Shown piece by piece: positions 1 through 10,071 of a stretch of DNA of 64,000 nucleotides. A model generated the notes under the pieces. That model worked only from the letters and a program-made list of their open reading frames with translations. It did no database searches and had not been told where the DNA came from. The DNA lies in assembly GCA_965204725.1 (NCBI GenBank), contig OZ242005.1, positions 832,001 to 896,000 on the forward strand, read 5' to 3'. A program made the translations under genes and the position numbers. This stretch comes from Candidatus Latescibacterota bacterium. Its GTDB lineage: Bacteria > Latescibacterota > UBA2968 > UBA8231. The first letter of the stretch is position 1; each line of letters starts with the position of its first letter.

Positions 1-123
1 AAATTGCCGGGCATTAGAGCATCTTAGGACATTGTGTATCTCGGCGCAAATTGCGGCAATTTGTCGCCGGCCCAGCCGCAGCCTATACTTAGCGACCCCC
101 CATTCACCTCAAAGGATACCCTA

Positions 124-1174
124 ATGGCAGCACTCAAAGTCGGCATCATTGGCCTCGGCGGCATCGCCCGCTCCCACTGCGATTCAATCGCCCAGCTCGA
201 CCAAGTAGAAGTCGTAGCGGTCGCCGATTTGTTCGCGGAGAAGCGACGCCAGTTCATGGACCAGTACCACATCCCCAAGGGCTATTCCACCCACCACGAC
301 CTCTTGCAGGATGCCGACGTCGACGCGGTCGCCATCGTGCTTGGGCACCAGTTGCACCACCAACTCACCATCGACGCCTGCCGCGCCGGCAAGCACGTGC
401 TCGTCGAAAAGCCCATGGCCAAGCCTAGCGCAGTGCGACGCCATGGTCGCCGCGGCGGCCGAAAACGATGTCAAGCTGATGATCGGGCTGTCGCAGCACT
501 TTTACAGCACGAGCCTCAAGGCCAAGGAAATCCTCGACTCCGGCCAACTCGGCCCGGTGATTACAGCGGTTAGCTACATGTCGAAAAATTGGAATTTCGC
601 CGGCCGCCGGCCCCAATACCGCAGCCGCTTCCACGGCGGCGGCATGTGGCTGACCAACGGGGTCCACGTCGTCGATCGGCTCACGTGGGTGATGGCTTCG
701 CAAGCCGCGTCGGTCTCGGCCGCCATTGGCACCCGCGCTCACTACCAAGCCGGCGACGATTCAGCCACGGCCTTCATCCGCTACAAGAACGGCCTCGCCG
801 GCACGGCCGTGGCCGTGGGCTACGCCAACGGGGCGCCGAATTTTGAATGCCAAGTGATTTGCGCCAACGGCTCCATGCGCTTCAGCCAGCACGGCGAGCA
901 GTACGTCAAAATAGGTCGCGGCGATACGTGGGAAGACGTCCCGTTTGCGGACGCGCCGACCGAGATGTACCACGAGTGGAAGAGCTTTGCCGAGGCCATC
1001 GCGCTCAACATTGAGCCGCCGACCCACGGCCAATACGGGCGGCACATCATGGAAATTCTCTTCGCGGCCGAAGCCTCGTCCCTCTCCGGCCGCGAGGTCG
1101 AAATCGGCGGCGGCCCGCATTGGCAGGCCCAGACTTCCGGCGCGCCCGTAACCGGCCAGCACGGTTGGATTTAG
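124..1174 (+). pseudogene. Gfo/Idh/MocA family oxidoreductase, frameshifted near 421
   Basis: N-half (KVGIIGLGGIA...GKHVLVEKPMA) is in ORF 34..573; C-half (SLAQCDAM...GGGMWLTNGVHVVD...) is in ORF 311..1174. The frame changes at atggccaagcctagcg. Could be a sequencing error. Confidence 0.8.
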
Positions 1175-1346
1175 TAGAGAGGTTAGTATCCATTGATGGG
1201 TATTATTGGACACAGTTTGCGCCGAGCCCCGAGCCGCTTTTATCAGACCATCGGCGCTGGCATGGATATTGCAGTAGGTAGTATGTACAAAAAGCAGTAT
1301 GTATGTGGTTATTTGTCCCACCCTCGCCTAACTTAGGAGCCCGACC

Positions 1347-1856
1347 ATGAGCGAAAGCACCGATCCGCAAACCCGTGTGATCCCCACCCCCGAAGAAATG
1401 CCTTGGAGCATTAGCTATCTGCACAACGACATTCAAGCCCTGCGTACCCAAACGCATGACGACATTCAAGCTCTACGCGACCAATCGCACGACGACATTC
1501 AAGCTCTACGCGACCAAACACACGACGATATTCAAGCTCTACGCGACCAAACACACGACGATATTCAAGCTCTACGCGACCAAACGCATGACGACATTCA
1601 AGCCCTGCATACCGAAATAGGAGTCGTCCACAAGCGCATTGACGAGACCAACCGCTTGTTGAATGACGGTCTCAAAGAGACCAACCGCGTATTAGGTGCC
1701 CGCATCGACGAGACCAACAAGCGCATTGACGAGACCAACCGCGTACTGAGCGAGCAGATTCGCGCCATCCACAAGCGCATGGACACCTATTTCCTGTGGA
1801 TGATGGGCACGTTGGTCGCCATCACCGGCGTCCTCATCGCCGTCATCAAGCTCTGA
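1347..1856 (+). CDS. Coiled-coil repeat protein with C-terminal membrane anchor (DUF1640/CCDC90-like)
   Basis: AGGAG RBS; HDDIQALRDQT repeats, RIDETN repeats, hydrophobic tail FLWMMGTLVAITGVLIAVIKL. Confidence 0.75.
   Translation: MSESTDPQTRVIPTPEEMPWSISYLHNDIQALRTQTHDDIQALRDQSHDDIQALRDQTHDDIQALRDQTHDDIQALRDQTHDDIQALHTEIGVVHKRIDETNRLLNDGLKETNRVLGARIDETNKRIDETNRVLSEQIRAIHKRMDTYFLWMMGTLVAITGVLIAVIKL
1422..1619 (+). repeat. 33-bp tandem repeat, about 6 copies, coding
   Basis: cacgacgacattcaagctctacgcgaccaaaca-type units in tandem. Confidence 0.9.
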
Positions 1857-1869
1857 GCGCGACCGCGGC

Positions 1870-2003
1870 CTATCCACGCTCCAGCGGCGTCATATAGCAA
1901 TCCTACACCCTTCAAGACTGGATTCCCGCCCCGTGTCGGGGCACGGGGTGACGTCCATTCGTGGGAATGACTCCTCCCCACCCAAGCTGACCGCGCTCGC
2001 CTG
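1870..2003 (-). pseudogene. Relic duplicate of the aldo/keto reductase (3' end and a 5' piece only)
   Basis: 1870-1894 matches 2818-2842; 1976-2003 matches 3624-3651 (1 mismatch each). Confidence 0.75.
1893..1971. mobile_element. Partial MITE-like element (TATAGCAATCC end) with nested palindrome
   Basis: Reverse complement matches 55231-55282 apart from an internal insert containing ccccgtgccccgacacgggg. Confidence 0.65.
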
Positions 2004-2018
2004 CATCGGCTAACTGAG

Positions 2019-2420
2019 TCATAGCCCTTGACGTATTTCGAGGCCATCGTCGGGGAAACGCTCGTCCATAGAATACATGGCTGACGCTCCATCTGTCCGG
2101 GCGGCTGCCCACAGCATAGCATCTGCAAAAGACACCCTTCCCGACGGGCGGCACATTATCAGCCCTTCCAACACAAGGCTTTTGTTCAAAGCGTAGGTCG
2201 AAAGGTTTGCCCTTTTAACCAAAGCTATAATGAGATCAACCACTTTTGAACGGGGCATCTGGTAAACCGACGAGAGGACAAAGGCGGTTTCGGCCAATAC
2301 GCCCTCAGTAACTTTGAGATCATCCGCGTTCTCAATAATTTGGGTTGCCTTCTCGCACATATCAGGCGGGTCGCCGGTCAAATATCGCACGATTACGCTG
2401 GTATCGAGAAATCCGCTCAC
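2019..2420 (-). CDS. PIN domain (VapC-like) toxin
   Basis: FLDTSVIVRYL...LAETAFVL...SFADA...YSMD acidic PIN motifs; GTG start overlaps the AbrB stop. Confidence 0.85.
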   Translation of the reverse strand: MSGFLDTSVIVRYLTGDPPDMCEKATQIIENADDLKVTEGVLAETAFVLSSVYQMPRSKVVDLIIALVKRANLSTYALNKSLVLEGLIMCRPSGRVSFADAMLWAAARTDGASAMYSMDERFPDDGLEIRQGL

Positions 2421-2701
2421 TATTCTCGCTCCCGAAGGTTCATTTTCTCTTCTGCTCTTTGCTTCCAAGCAGCTTCCCGCGCCTCATCCCATTCCTTACC
2501 TAACGCGATGCTTTTCTTAATGTACTGGGCAGCACTGCCTGCCAAGGACTTGCCATGCTCCGGCGGCAGGCAGTGGATTTCCACATGGTCATCTACTAAG
2601 AATTGATAGGCCAGCCAGCTAGGGTCTATACCTAGCTTTGCGCGGAGCTCTTCTGCGATGACGATTTCGCCTTTGTGTCCAACTTTACCTTTTATAGTCA
2701 T
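2420..2701 (-). CDS. AbrB/MazE family antitoxin
   Basis: GKVGHKGEIVIAEELRAKLGI swapped-hairpin motif; directly upstream of PIN gene. Confidence 0.8.
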   Translation of the reverse strand: MTIKGKVGHKGEIVIAEELRAKLGIDPSWLAYQFLVDDHVEIHCLPPEHGKSLAGSAAQYIKKSIALGKEWDEAREAAWKQRAEEKMNLRERE

Positions 2702-2817
2702 GTTTTACCTGCTTGAAAAACAGAATATATGTTCAGTTATTTCCAGTCAGTAGCTTAATGCAGTACCTACAGTATCCGAACAGGAAACGCAAGTAGGGGC
2801 GACCAGTCGCGGGTCCC

Positions 2818-3684
2818 CTACCCACGCTCCAGCGGCGTCATATCTCCGGCCTGCGCCACTTCCGCGAGTTCGGCCACGCTCGCCGCGCCGCTGGCTATGG
2901 TCGAGACCCGCTCGTCGGCCAAGACCCAGCGAAATGCGCTCTGCGGCAAGGTGGATTCCTCTTGCTCCAGCCGAGCGATCGTCGCCCAAGCTCGCCGCCG
3001 CTCTTCCGCACACTCAAACCGCCGCTCCACCGCCGCTTGCTGTCCCGCGCCCGCCACGTACAGCCCCCCAGCCAGCACTGTCGCCAGCACCACCCCCATA
3101 TCGCTTTGCGCGGCGGCTGGCAAAACCTCGGCCGCAGCCAACGACACACAGGGGTGGTAGTCATGGTAGCACAGCACCGCGTCGAACTCGCCGGTCGCGG
3201 CCAATCGCGCCAACAGGGGGATGGCCCGGCCCGTCACGCCGATAAAATCGCACAGCCCCTGTTTTTGCGCGGCGCGCAAGCCCTCCAAGGTCCCGCCCTT
3301 TTCTATGATTCGTTCCCAACCCGCTAGGTTTACCTCGTGGATCTGCGCCACCGTGAGCTTAGATCGGCCCAGCAACGCCAAGCTGCGCTCCAAGCTCTGC
3401 ACGACCGAATCGCGCCGGTAGTCAAAGCCTTCCGGCTTAAACCCGACTTTGGTCGCCAAGTACAAGGGGCGTCGCTCCCCGGCCAGAGCCTTGCCCAGCA
3501 GCGCTTCGCTCGCCCCGTAGAGCGGGGCCGTGTCGATGTAATTGCAACCCAAATCCAGAGCGCACCGCACAATCGCCCGGGCGTTTTCCTCGGCGCGCTC
3601 CGGGTCTTTACCCCCCAAGTAGGCCCCACCCAAGCTGACCGCGCTCACCTGTAATTGGGTGCGTCCAAATCGCCGATAGTGCAT
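2818..3684 (-). CDS. Aldo/keto reductase
   Basis: YRRFGRTQLQVSAVSLGG, NYIDTAPLYG, LATKVG; AAGGAG RBS before ATG at 3684. Confidence 0.9.
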   Translation of the reverse strand: MHYRRFGRTQLQVSAVSLGGAYLGGKDPERAEENARAIVRCALDLGCNYIDTAPLYGASEALLGKALAGERRPLYLATKVGFKPEGFDYRRDSVVQSLERSLALLGRSKLTVAQIHEVNLAGWERIIEKGGTLEGLRAAQKQGLCDFIGVTGRAIPLLARLAATGEFDAVLCYHDYHPCVSLAAAEVLPAAAQSDMGVVLATVLAGGLYVAGAGQQAAVERRFECAEERRRAWATIARLEQEESTLPQSAFRWVLADERVSTIASGAASVAELAEVAQAGDMTPLERG

Positions 3685-3700
3685 GTGCTTCTCCTTGTGA

Positions 3701-4948
3701 TCAAAGCCGTTGGCAAATGACGATGTTTTCCTCTTGCATTGTGGCAGCCGTCTTACCCATAACATTGGAAGGACTGTTCTTTTTGGGCATGCGCTTATTG
3801 GGTATATTCCTAACGATGGTTTCCCGATGAGAAAATCTATGCCGAGCGAAGGCAAAAACAATAAACTCATCCGTCGGCAGGATAACATCTTTGACCCTGC
3901 GGTTACCAACCACATAGCAAACCTTCGCATGTTTTGCAAGTAGTGGCGCGATACAATTTATACTATGCTCCAAGTCGATGTAAAATGCCTCGACCTGGGC
4001 CGCACGTTTTTCATCCATAGCACGGATTTTTCCAATAGCCTCCGAAACCGGTGACGTACGCAATCTGCTTTCTTTTTTTTTGCCGCCCATTGATATGCGG
4101 TCAATTTTGCGCGAATTATTCAGGCCGATCCAATCGGCTGACAAACGCGAAAATTGTCCATACGCAACTGTTGTTTGCGAGTCGCCATACGGAGGAGATG
4201 TGATAACTAAATCGAATCCGCCCAGCGGTTGTTTTTCAGGCAACTCGCTGTTTGCGGTATTCTTACCTGAGACAAAGACCTTGACATTTTTTCTTTTATT
4301 TAAATAACTTTCAAAACCCTGCCGATTTCGGCTTATCTTGCTCTGCAAAATGCCGAGAACATCAGGCTTAAAAATTTTCATTTTCTGAGCCGGTATTCTG
4401 TTCAACTTGAACTCACTATTTTTTGTATAGGAACATTCTCGAACTGTTTCTGAAAATGCGACCCAAAAGAAATTGCGGATCGCCTCATCCTCTATGGCGT
4501 AAATGTATGCACGGAGAAAAGACAGGTACATTGTAACATCTTTGGAGAACCAATAGTCCAGATTTAGAACATCGGCAGCCGGTGTGTACGGTATATGATT
4601 AGAGAATCCAATTTGAAAAATAGTGTTGTCTAAATCCTGCAAATGAAAATCAAGCGTTCGTAGGGAAATCGAAGAGGTCTTGGCCATTGCGACCAGCCTC
4701 ACGAGGGGATTAATGTCACATCCGACGCTGTTCATTCCAAACATGGAGGCTTCTACCAAGGATGTACCAGTACCGCAATAGGGGTCGAATAACCACCCAC
4801 CTACACAGCCATACCGATCTAAGAGCTTTCTTGCAATCTGGGGAATCATCATCGCGGGATAATTGTGGAAACAATGAGTGTATTTCTTGGTATCTTCTTT
4901 TCTAAAATCCCAGGTTATATCTTTGTGTTTGTGATTGATCACCGTCAT
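3701..4948 (-). CDS. N4-cytosine DNA methyltransferase (M.MvaI-like)
   Basis: HNYPAMM, FDPYCGTGT (motif I), ITSPPYGD (motif IV); AT-rich relative to flanks. Confidence 0.85.
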   Translation of the reverse strand: MTVINHKHKDITWDFRKEDTKKYTHCFHNYPAMMIPQIARKLLDRYGCVGGWLFDPYCGTGTSLVEASMFGMNSVGCDINPLVRLVAMAKTSSISLRTLDFHLQDLDNTIFQIGFSNHIPYTPAADVLNLDYWFSKDVTMYLSFLRAYIYAIEDEAIRNFFWVAFSETVRECSYTKNSEFKLNRIPAQKMKIFKPDVLGILQSKISRNRQGFESYLNKRKNVKVFVSGKNTANSELPEKQPLGGFDLVITSPPYGDSQTTVAYGQFSRLSADWIGLNNSRKIDRISMGGKKKESRLRTSPVSEAIGKIRAMDEKRAAQVEAFYIDLEHSINCIAPLLAKHAKVCYVVGNRRVKDVILPTDEFIVFAFARHRFSHRETIVRNIPNKRMPKKNSPSNVMGKTAATMQEENIVICQRL

Positions 4949-5327
4949 ATTATTTTATCCCTCCTGCCAAAGCATAAGTTTAAAAATTTCTCCTCAATTC
5001 TAAAACCCGTTCCGTGATTTCTTACCACATTATTATTTCGTAGATGCATTCTCAAATCAACGACAACTATATCTTTCCTGATTAAATCTAAAAAATTATC
5101 CTCATCCGGATCAGTCAAAAGATCGGCTTCATTAAACCAAAATTCCTCCTTTTCGTCTGAATTGACACGGGTATCTGCGTAAACAATAACTAAAGAGGGC
5201 ATCTTCTTTTTGAAAGTATCAATCAAGCCTTCTCCAGGCCAGTGAGCAATAAGCGTCTTATCCACATGATAAAGCCGAACCATTTCTTCCTCAACTTTTA
5301 GAAAAAGTCCTTGATTATTTGGCGTAC
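4945..5327 (-). pseudogene. MvaI/BcnI-family restriction endonuclease, C-terminal fragment
   Basis: EEFWFNEA...VDLRMH...RNHGTGFRI; only about 125 codons open, with an in-frame stop upstream; adjoins the MTase. Confidence 0.7.
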
Positions 5328-5427
5328 CGAGTGGTTAGCCCAACCCCTGCGGCCATGATCACCAGTTCGTCAATGGTGAACTAGCTGATTCGGCCGTTGC
5401 CGAGCTCACTCTTTGGTAGAATCGTCC

Positions 5428-7158
5428 CTACCCCGCCACCGGCTTTAACCCCAGCAGCACCAACAGCCACGTGTTGTGCCAATAGGCGCTGTTGATGTAG
5501 GGGTTTTCCGCCGACGGCCAGTTTGTCCAATAGGTCTGATTGTGCGGGATGCGGTGGTACCACTGCACGATGGGGATGGAAGGTAGCTCGGCCAGCCAGA
5601 TTTCCATGGCCTCGCGGAAGAGCGTTTGCAGCGCGGGGTCGTCGGGCGCGGTTTGCCCCATCTGATCGACCAGCGCGTCAAAGGCCGGATTCGACCAGCG
5701 CCAAAACCGCTCGGAGTGCGTGCCGGTGGGCTGGACGAAGCGGCTGTGGTAGAGCCGCAGCGTGAAGTACGGATCGCGGACGCTCGCGCCATTGCCCATC
5801 AAGAACGCCCGCGCCGCGCCCTGCGCCATGCGCGAAAACGCATCGGGCGTCATGCGGAAGTCCGCGTCGAAACCCGCCCGTTCCAACTGCGCCACTAAGA
5901 CCGGCGCCAAGTCGGTAAAAATATCGAAAATGTCGATGACAATTTTGAGCCGCTCGCCCTCTTTAGCCCAGAACCCCGCGGCGTCCTTTTCCCACCCCTT
6001 GCGCTCCATAATCGCCGCGGCCTTGGCCGGGTCGTGGACGCCGATCTCGTACTTTTCCACTAAGTCTTGAATCGGGTCGGTGTATTGGCGGATGGGCGGG
6101 AAGTCCGGCAGCGGCAGATGCGATTTGGTCCCGGCCCCCTGCCAGCCAATGGCCACCAACTGGTCGCGATCAATGGCGTAGTTGATGGCGCGGCGAATCT
6201 CCGGGTCGTCAAACGGCGGCTCCAAATTGTTGAACCCCAAGCACACCGGCCACCAGTCGAGATACCCGTGCGGCAGTGTGCGCCCGGTCCAAGTAGAGAC
6301 CTGGGGATTGGCGTCGAGGGCCGACTGGATGTTCGGCGGCCGGATGTCGAGGCTGGTGTCCATGGCGTTGGAGATCAAGTTCTGCACCCGCTTGGTCTCC
6401 TCCATGTGCGTCAGGTAGATGATGCGCTCTACGGCCGGGGGCTGGCGAAAACCCGTCTTTTGCGCCCACCAGCCCGGGCGCAAATCCCACACCCGCTGGG
6501 CGGGTACGGAAATGAAAATCTCGTAGGGGCCGCTGGCCACGGGCCAGCCTTTTTCCACGTCGAAGTTGTTGAACGTCTTCGGGTCTTGGCCCTCCCAAAT
6601 GTGCTTGGGTACAATGGGGATGCCGTTGTCGAAATTGTTGGTGAAGTAGCTAAAGACAAAGCGCGGATTGGGTCTGGTAAGCGCGATTTTGGCCGTGTGG
6701 GCGTCAGTGGCCACCGCGCTTTGCACCCACGTCTGCATGTCCGTAGAAAAAGACAAGTGGGGCGCGTTATCCTTGAGCATGTTGATCGTAAAGACCAAGT
6801 CATGCGCCGTCCACGACTGCCCATCGCTCCACTCGGCTCCCTCGCGGATGTGGATGACGACCTCGGTGTAGTCGTCGTTGTACTCGTGCCCGGTGGCGAG
6901 CCAAGGGATGATGTTGTCGGCTTGCGAGGCGTAGGCGTTGTAGAAGTACAGGGGCTCATACTGGAAGTTCCAACCCGTCTTGGAGACGCCGGTCAGCAAA
7001 AACGGGTTAAAGGAGTTGTAATCCTTAATCTGTCCGCTGCAATCCTGCAAGCTCGAACAATCCATGATCAAGGTCCGGCTTCGCGGCACGTTTTTGTGCC
7101 CCCCATCGCCACAACCGACTAACAACACCCCTACGAAGCACAAGAACAGACCCTGCAT
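5428..7158 (-). CDS. ABC transporter substrate-binding lipoprotein (family 5)
   Basis: Lipobox LLVGC; WSDGQSWTAHDLVFT; PFDDPEIRRAINYAIDR. Confidence 0.92.
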   Translation of the reverse strand: MQGLFLCFVGVLLVGCGDGGHKNVPRSRTLIMDCSSLQDCSGQIKDYNSFNPFLLTGVSKTGWNFQYEPLYFYNAYASQADNIIPWLATGHEYNDDYTEVVIHIREGAEWSDGQSWTAHDLVFTINMLKDNAPHLSFSTDMQTWVQSAVATDAHTAKIALTRPNPRFVFSYFTNNFDNGIPIVPKHIWEGQDPKTFNNFDVEKGWPVASGPYEIFISVPAQRVWDLRPGWWAQKTGFRQPPAVERIIYLTHMEETKRVQNLISNAMDTSLDIRPPNIQSALDANPQVSTWTGRTLPHGYLDWWPVCLGFNNLEPPFDDPEIRRAINYAIDRDQLVAIGWQGAGTKSHLPLPDFPPIRQYTDPIQDLVEKYEIGVHDPAKAAAIMERKGWEKDAAGFWAKEGERLKIVIDIFDIFTDLAPVLVAQLERAGFDADFRMTPDAFSRMAQGAARAFLMGNGASVRDPYFTLRLYHSRFVQPTGTHSERFWRWSNPAFDALVDQMGQTAPDDPALQTLFREAMEIWLAELPSIPIVQWYHRIPHNQTYWTNWPSAENPYINSAYWHNTWLLVLLGLKPVAG

Positions 7159-7173
7159 GGCACTCCTGTGAAA

Positions 7174-8220
7174 TTATTTTTTCCCGTCGGCCGCAGCCGA
7201 GAACACTTCGTTTAGATCGCCGCTTTCTAGCACCGGCGACTCAGCGTGGAGAAAACAAGCCACCGCCCGCTCGGCCTCCGGCCGGTAAAACGGCGGCGCG
7301 GCCCCACATTGGTCCATGGCTTGGGGGCAGCGCAGTACGTAGCGGCAACCGGCCGCCGACTCCTCGGCCTCTATGTCTTCGACTTCCTTTTCTTCCACGG
7401 CCTCGTCGATCCACTCGTGCCCGGGCTCGGGCGCTGGAATTGAGTGAATTAGCTCGCGCGTGTAGGGATGCTGCGGGTCCTTGATCACCTTCTCGGTATG
7501 GCCGGCCTCGGCCACGGCCCCGTGGAACAGGACGACGATGTTCTCGCTGACTTGGTACGCGGTCGTTAGGTCGTGGGTGATGTAGATAAAGGAGATGCCG
7601 AAATCTCGATGCAGCGTGTGCAGGGTAGAAAGAATGGTCGCGCGGAGCGAGGCGTCCACCATGGATACTGGCTCGTCGGCGATGATCAGCTTGGGCTTTA
7701 ACAAGAGGGCGCGCGCAATGGTGATGCGCTGGCGCTGCCCACCCGAAAGCTGGTGGGGGTAGCGACCCAACGTTTCCTCGGGCCGCAGCCCGACCTCACG
7801 CAGGGCCGTGCGTATCTGGCCGTAGGCCTCGTACTTGGACTCGGCCAACCCGAACTTCCGCACCGGCGTCGTCAGGATGTGATCGATCTTGTAGAAGGGA
7901 TTGTACACCTCAAAGGGGTCTTGAAATATCGCCTGTACGTCCTTGCGAAATTGCCGCTGCTCCTCCTTTTGCAGGTCGAGTACGTTGCGACCTTGGTAGA
8001 GCACCTCGCCCGCGCTGGGAGAAAGCACCCCGAGCAACATGCGGGCGATCGTGGTCTTGCCGCTGCCCGACTCGCCGGCAATGGTGGTAAAGGAGGGCCT
8101 ATCTGCGTCAATCGACAGGGAAAAGTCGCCGACGGCTATGGTCTCGGTACTCGCGCCGAAACGCGGGCCACCGCTGCGAAAGACCTTGCGCAGGTGGCGG
8201 GCCTCAAGAAGCGGGGGCAT
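7174..8220 (-). CDS. Oligopeptide-type ABC ATPase (OppF-like)
   Basis: GESGSGKTT, LSGGQRQR, IIADEP, HPYT and Cys-rich tail. Confidence 0.92.
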   Translation of the reverse strand: MPPLLEARHLRKVFRSGGPRFGASTETIAVGDFSLSIDADRPSFTTIAGESGSGKTTIARMLLGVLSPSAGEVLYQGRNVLDLQKEEQRQFRKDVQAIFQDPFEVYNPFYKIDHILTTPVRKFGLAESKYEAYGQIRTALREVGLRPEETLGRYPHQLSGGQRQRITIARALLLKPKLIIADEPVSMVDASLRATILSTLHTLHRDFGISFIYITHDLTTAYQVSENIVVLFHGAVAEAGHTEKVIKDPQHPYTRELIHSIPAPEPGHEWIDEAVEEKEVEDIEAEESAAGCRYVLRCPQAMDQCGAAPPFYRPEAERAVACFLHAESPVLESGDLNEVFSAAADGKK

Positions 8221-9208
8221 CTGCGTTCTCCTCGTATAGCAAACACGACGCCAAGTGGTCGGGGGCGACCGCTTGCAGGACGGGCGCGCGCTGACTGCAC
8301 TCGGGCATGGCCTGGGGGCAGCGCGGATGGAAGAGGCAACCCGATGGCGGGTCCAACAACGACAGCGCGACTCCGGGAATGCCCTTGAACTCGCCCTTGG
8401 TCTCAAAAGAGGGAATGCTCGAAATCAAAAGCTGGGTATAGGGGTGTTGCGGGTTGTGAAAAATCTCCTCAACCTGGCCTACCTCAACCAGCTTGCCGCC
8501 GTACATGATGCCCAAGCGCTCGGCGAACTGCGCCATCAGGCCCATGTCGTGGCCCACCAAGAGCACGGTGGCATTGAGCTGGTGCTGGAGCTGGCGCAAG
8601 GTCTGCATGATTTGCCGCTGCACGACCACGTCGAGGGCCGAGGTCGGCTCGTCGGCCAAGATGAGCTGGGGATCGAGCGAGATGGCCTGGGCAATGCAAA
8701 CCCGCTGCTTCATGCCGCCGCTCAATTCGTGGGGGTAGAGACGGGCCACTTCCGGCTTCAGCCCGACCTTGGCCAACAGCTCGACCACGCGCTCCAACTG
8801 CGCGGCTTTGGGCGGCGGCGGATCGGTCGCATGCTCGCGCATCGTCAGCATCAGTTGCTGCCCGATCCGCATCACCGGGTTGAGCGAGTTCATCGCGCCT
8901 TGCGGCACCATGGCGACCCGCTTGAGCCGCGCCTGCCGCACTTGCTCGCCATTGAGTTGGGTCAGGTCCGTGCCGTCGTCTAAGGTCGCGCTGCCGCCGG
9001 CGATAAGGCCCGGCGTCTTGATCATCCGCAACAGGGCCAAAATCAACGTGGTCTTGCCGCTGCCGGATTCGCCGACTAGGCCAAAACGCTCGCCTTTGTA
9101 CAGGGTCAGATCGACCTCGTTCACCGCTCGGGCGATGCCGCGCCGGGTCTCGAAGTGGACCTCCAAGCCGCGAATGGCCAGCAGGACCTCTTTGTCGGCC
9201 AGGCTCAT
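8204..9208 (-). CDS. Oligopeptide-type ABC ATPase (OppD-like)
   Basis: GESGSGKTT, LSGGMKQR, LADEPTSALD, HPYT; start MSLADKEV overlaps the permease stop. Confidence 0.92.
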   Translation of the reverse strand: MSLADKEVLLAIRGLEVHFETRRGIARAVNEVDLTLYKGERFGLVGESGSGKTTLILALLRMIKTPGLIAGGSATLDDGTDLTQLNGEQVRQARLKRVAMVPQGAMNSLNPVMRIGQQLMLTMREHATDPPPPKAAQLERVVELLAKVGLKPEVARLYPHELSGGMKQRVCIAQAISLDPQLILADEPTSALDVVVQRQIMQTLRQLQHQLNATVLLVGHDMGLMAQFAERLGIMYGGKLVEVGQVEEIFHNPQHPYTQLLISSIPSFETKGEFKGIPGVALSLLDPPSGCLFHPRCPQAMPECSQRAPVLQAVAPDHLASCLLYEENADAPAS

Positions 9209-10062
9209 ACGGCCTTGCGCTGTTTGGGATTGGCCAGCTCGTCTAAACCAGCCGCGGTCATCAACAAGCCGACGAAGATCACGCCGATAAAGAGGATTGG
9301 AATGGCCCACCACCACCACATGCCGCGGATGAGCGCGCTGAACGTGATGGCCCAATAAATGGTCATGCCGACCGTTGGATCGTTTTGCGGCCCCAGCCCG
9401 AGGGCCTCTAGGCCGATCGACGAGAGAATGGCCCAGTTGACGGCATTGGTGAAATTGGCCGCGAGGTACGGCAGCAGATTGGGAAAGAGCTCCTTCCAGA
9501 TGATCTCGGCATTGCTCATGCCGTTGAGCTGAGCCATCTGCACGTACGCTCGCTCGCGCATGGTCAAGACCTGCGAGCGAATGGTGCGCGTGGGCCACAT
9601 CCACGCCAGTGACGCCACCACCAAGGCCATGATGTTGACGCTTATTTCCTCGCGGATCGTCGAAGCGATGGAGACCAGCACCACGAGGCCGGGCACCGTG
9701 AGCAGCGTATCCACGAGGCCGCGGATGACCACGTCGACTTTGCCGCCCATATAGCCGCTCGTAAAGCCGAGGAAAATGCCCAACCCGAGCCCCACCGTGC
9801 CGGCCAACAGACCTATCCGCATAGTCAGCGGCACCCCCACCACCATCACGGCGAGGAGGTCGCGACCGGAGTCGTCGGTGCCAAAGGGATGCTCCAGCGA
9901 GGGCGCTTGTCGCGGTCGCGTGGCCAGCGGCTGGGCCTGCGAGGTATCGACGAAGATCGGCCCAAAGACCCCGAATAACACCACCAACAGGATCATGCAC
10001 AGGCCGGCCGCAAGCATCGGGCTTTCGCGCAAGTAATAGAGAATTTGGTCGAAGCGGTTCAT
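9205..10062 (-). CDS. ABC permease (OppC-like)
   Basis: HPFGTDDSGRD, multiple TM segments, EAA-like loop. Confidence 0.9.
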   Translation of the reverse strand: MNRFDQILYYLRESPMLAAGLCMILLVVLFGVFGPIFVDTSQAQPLATRPRQAPSLEHPFGTDDSGRDLLAVMVVGVPLTMRIGLLAGTVGLGLGIFLGFTSGYMGGKVDVVIRGLVDTLLTVPGLVVLVSIASTIREEISVNIMALVVASLAWMWPTRTIRSQVLTMRERAYVQMAQLNGMSNAEIIWKELFPNLLPYLAANFTNAVNWAILSSIGLEALGLGPQNDPTVGMTIYWAITFSALIRGMWWWWAIPILFIGVIFVGLLMTAAGLDELANPKQRKAV

Positions 10063-10071
10063 GGCTAATGG

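Noticed and set aside
1422-1619. Possible CRISPR array
   Set aside because: Repeats are head-to-tail with no unique spacers, lie in frame within a CDS, and there are no cas genes
2793-2821. GTAG-type REP-like palindrome gtagggg...cccctac at the AKR stop
   Set aside because: Single imperfect copy and no RAYT transposase; may be just a terminator-like hairpin
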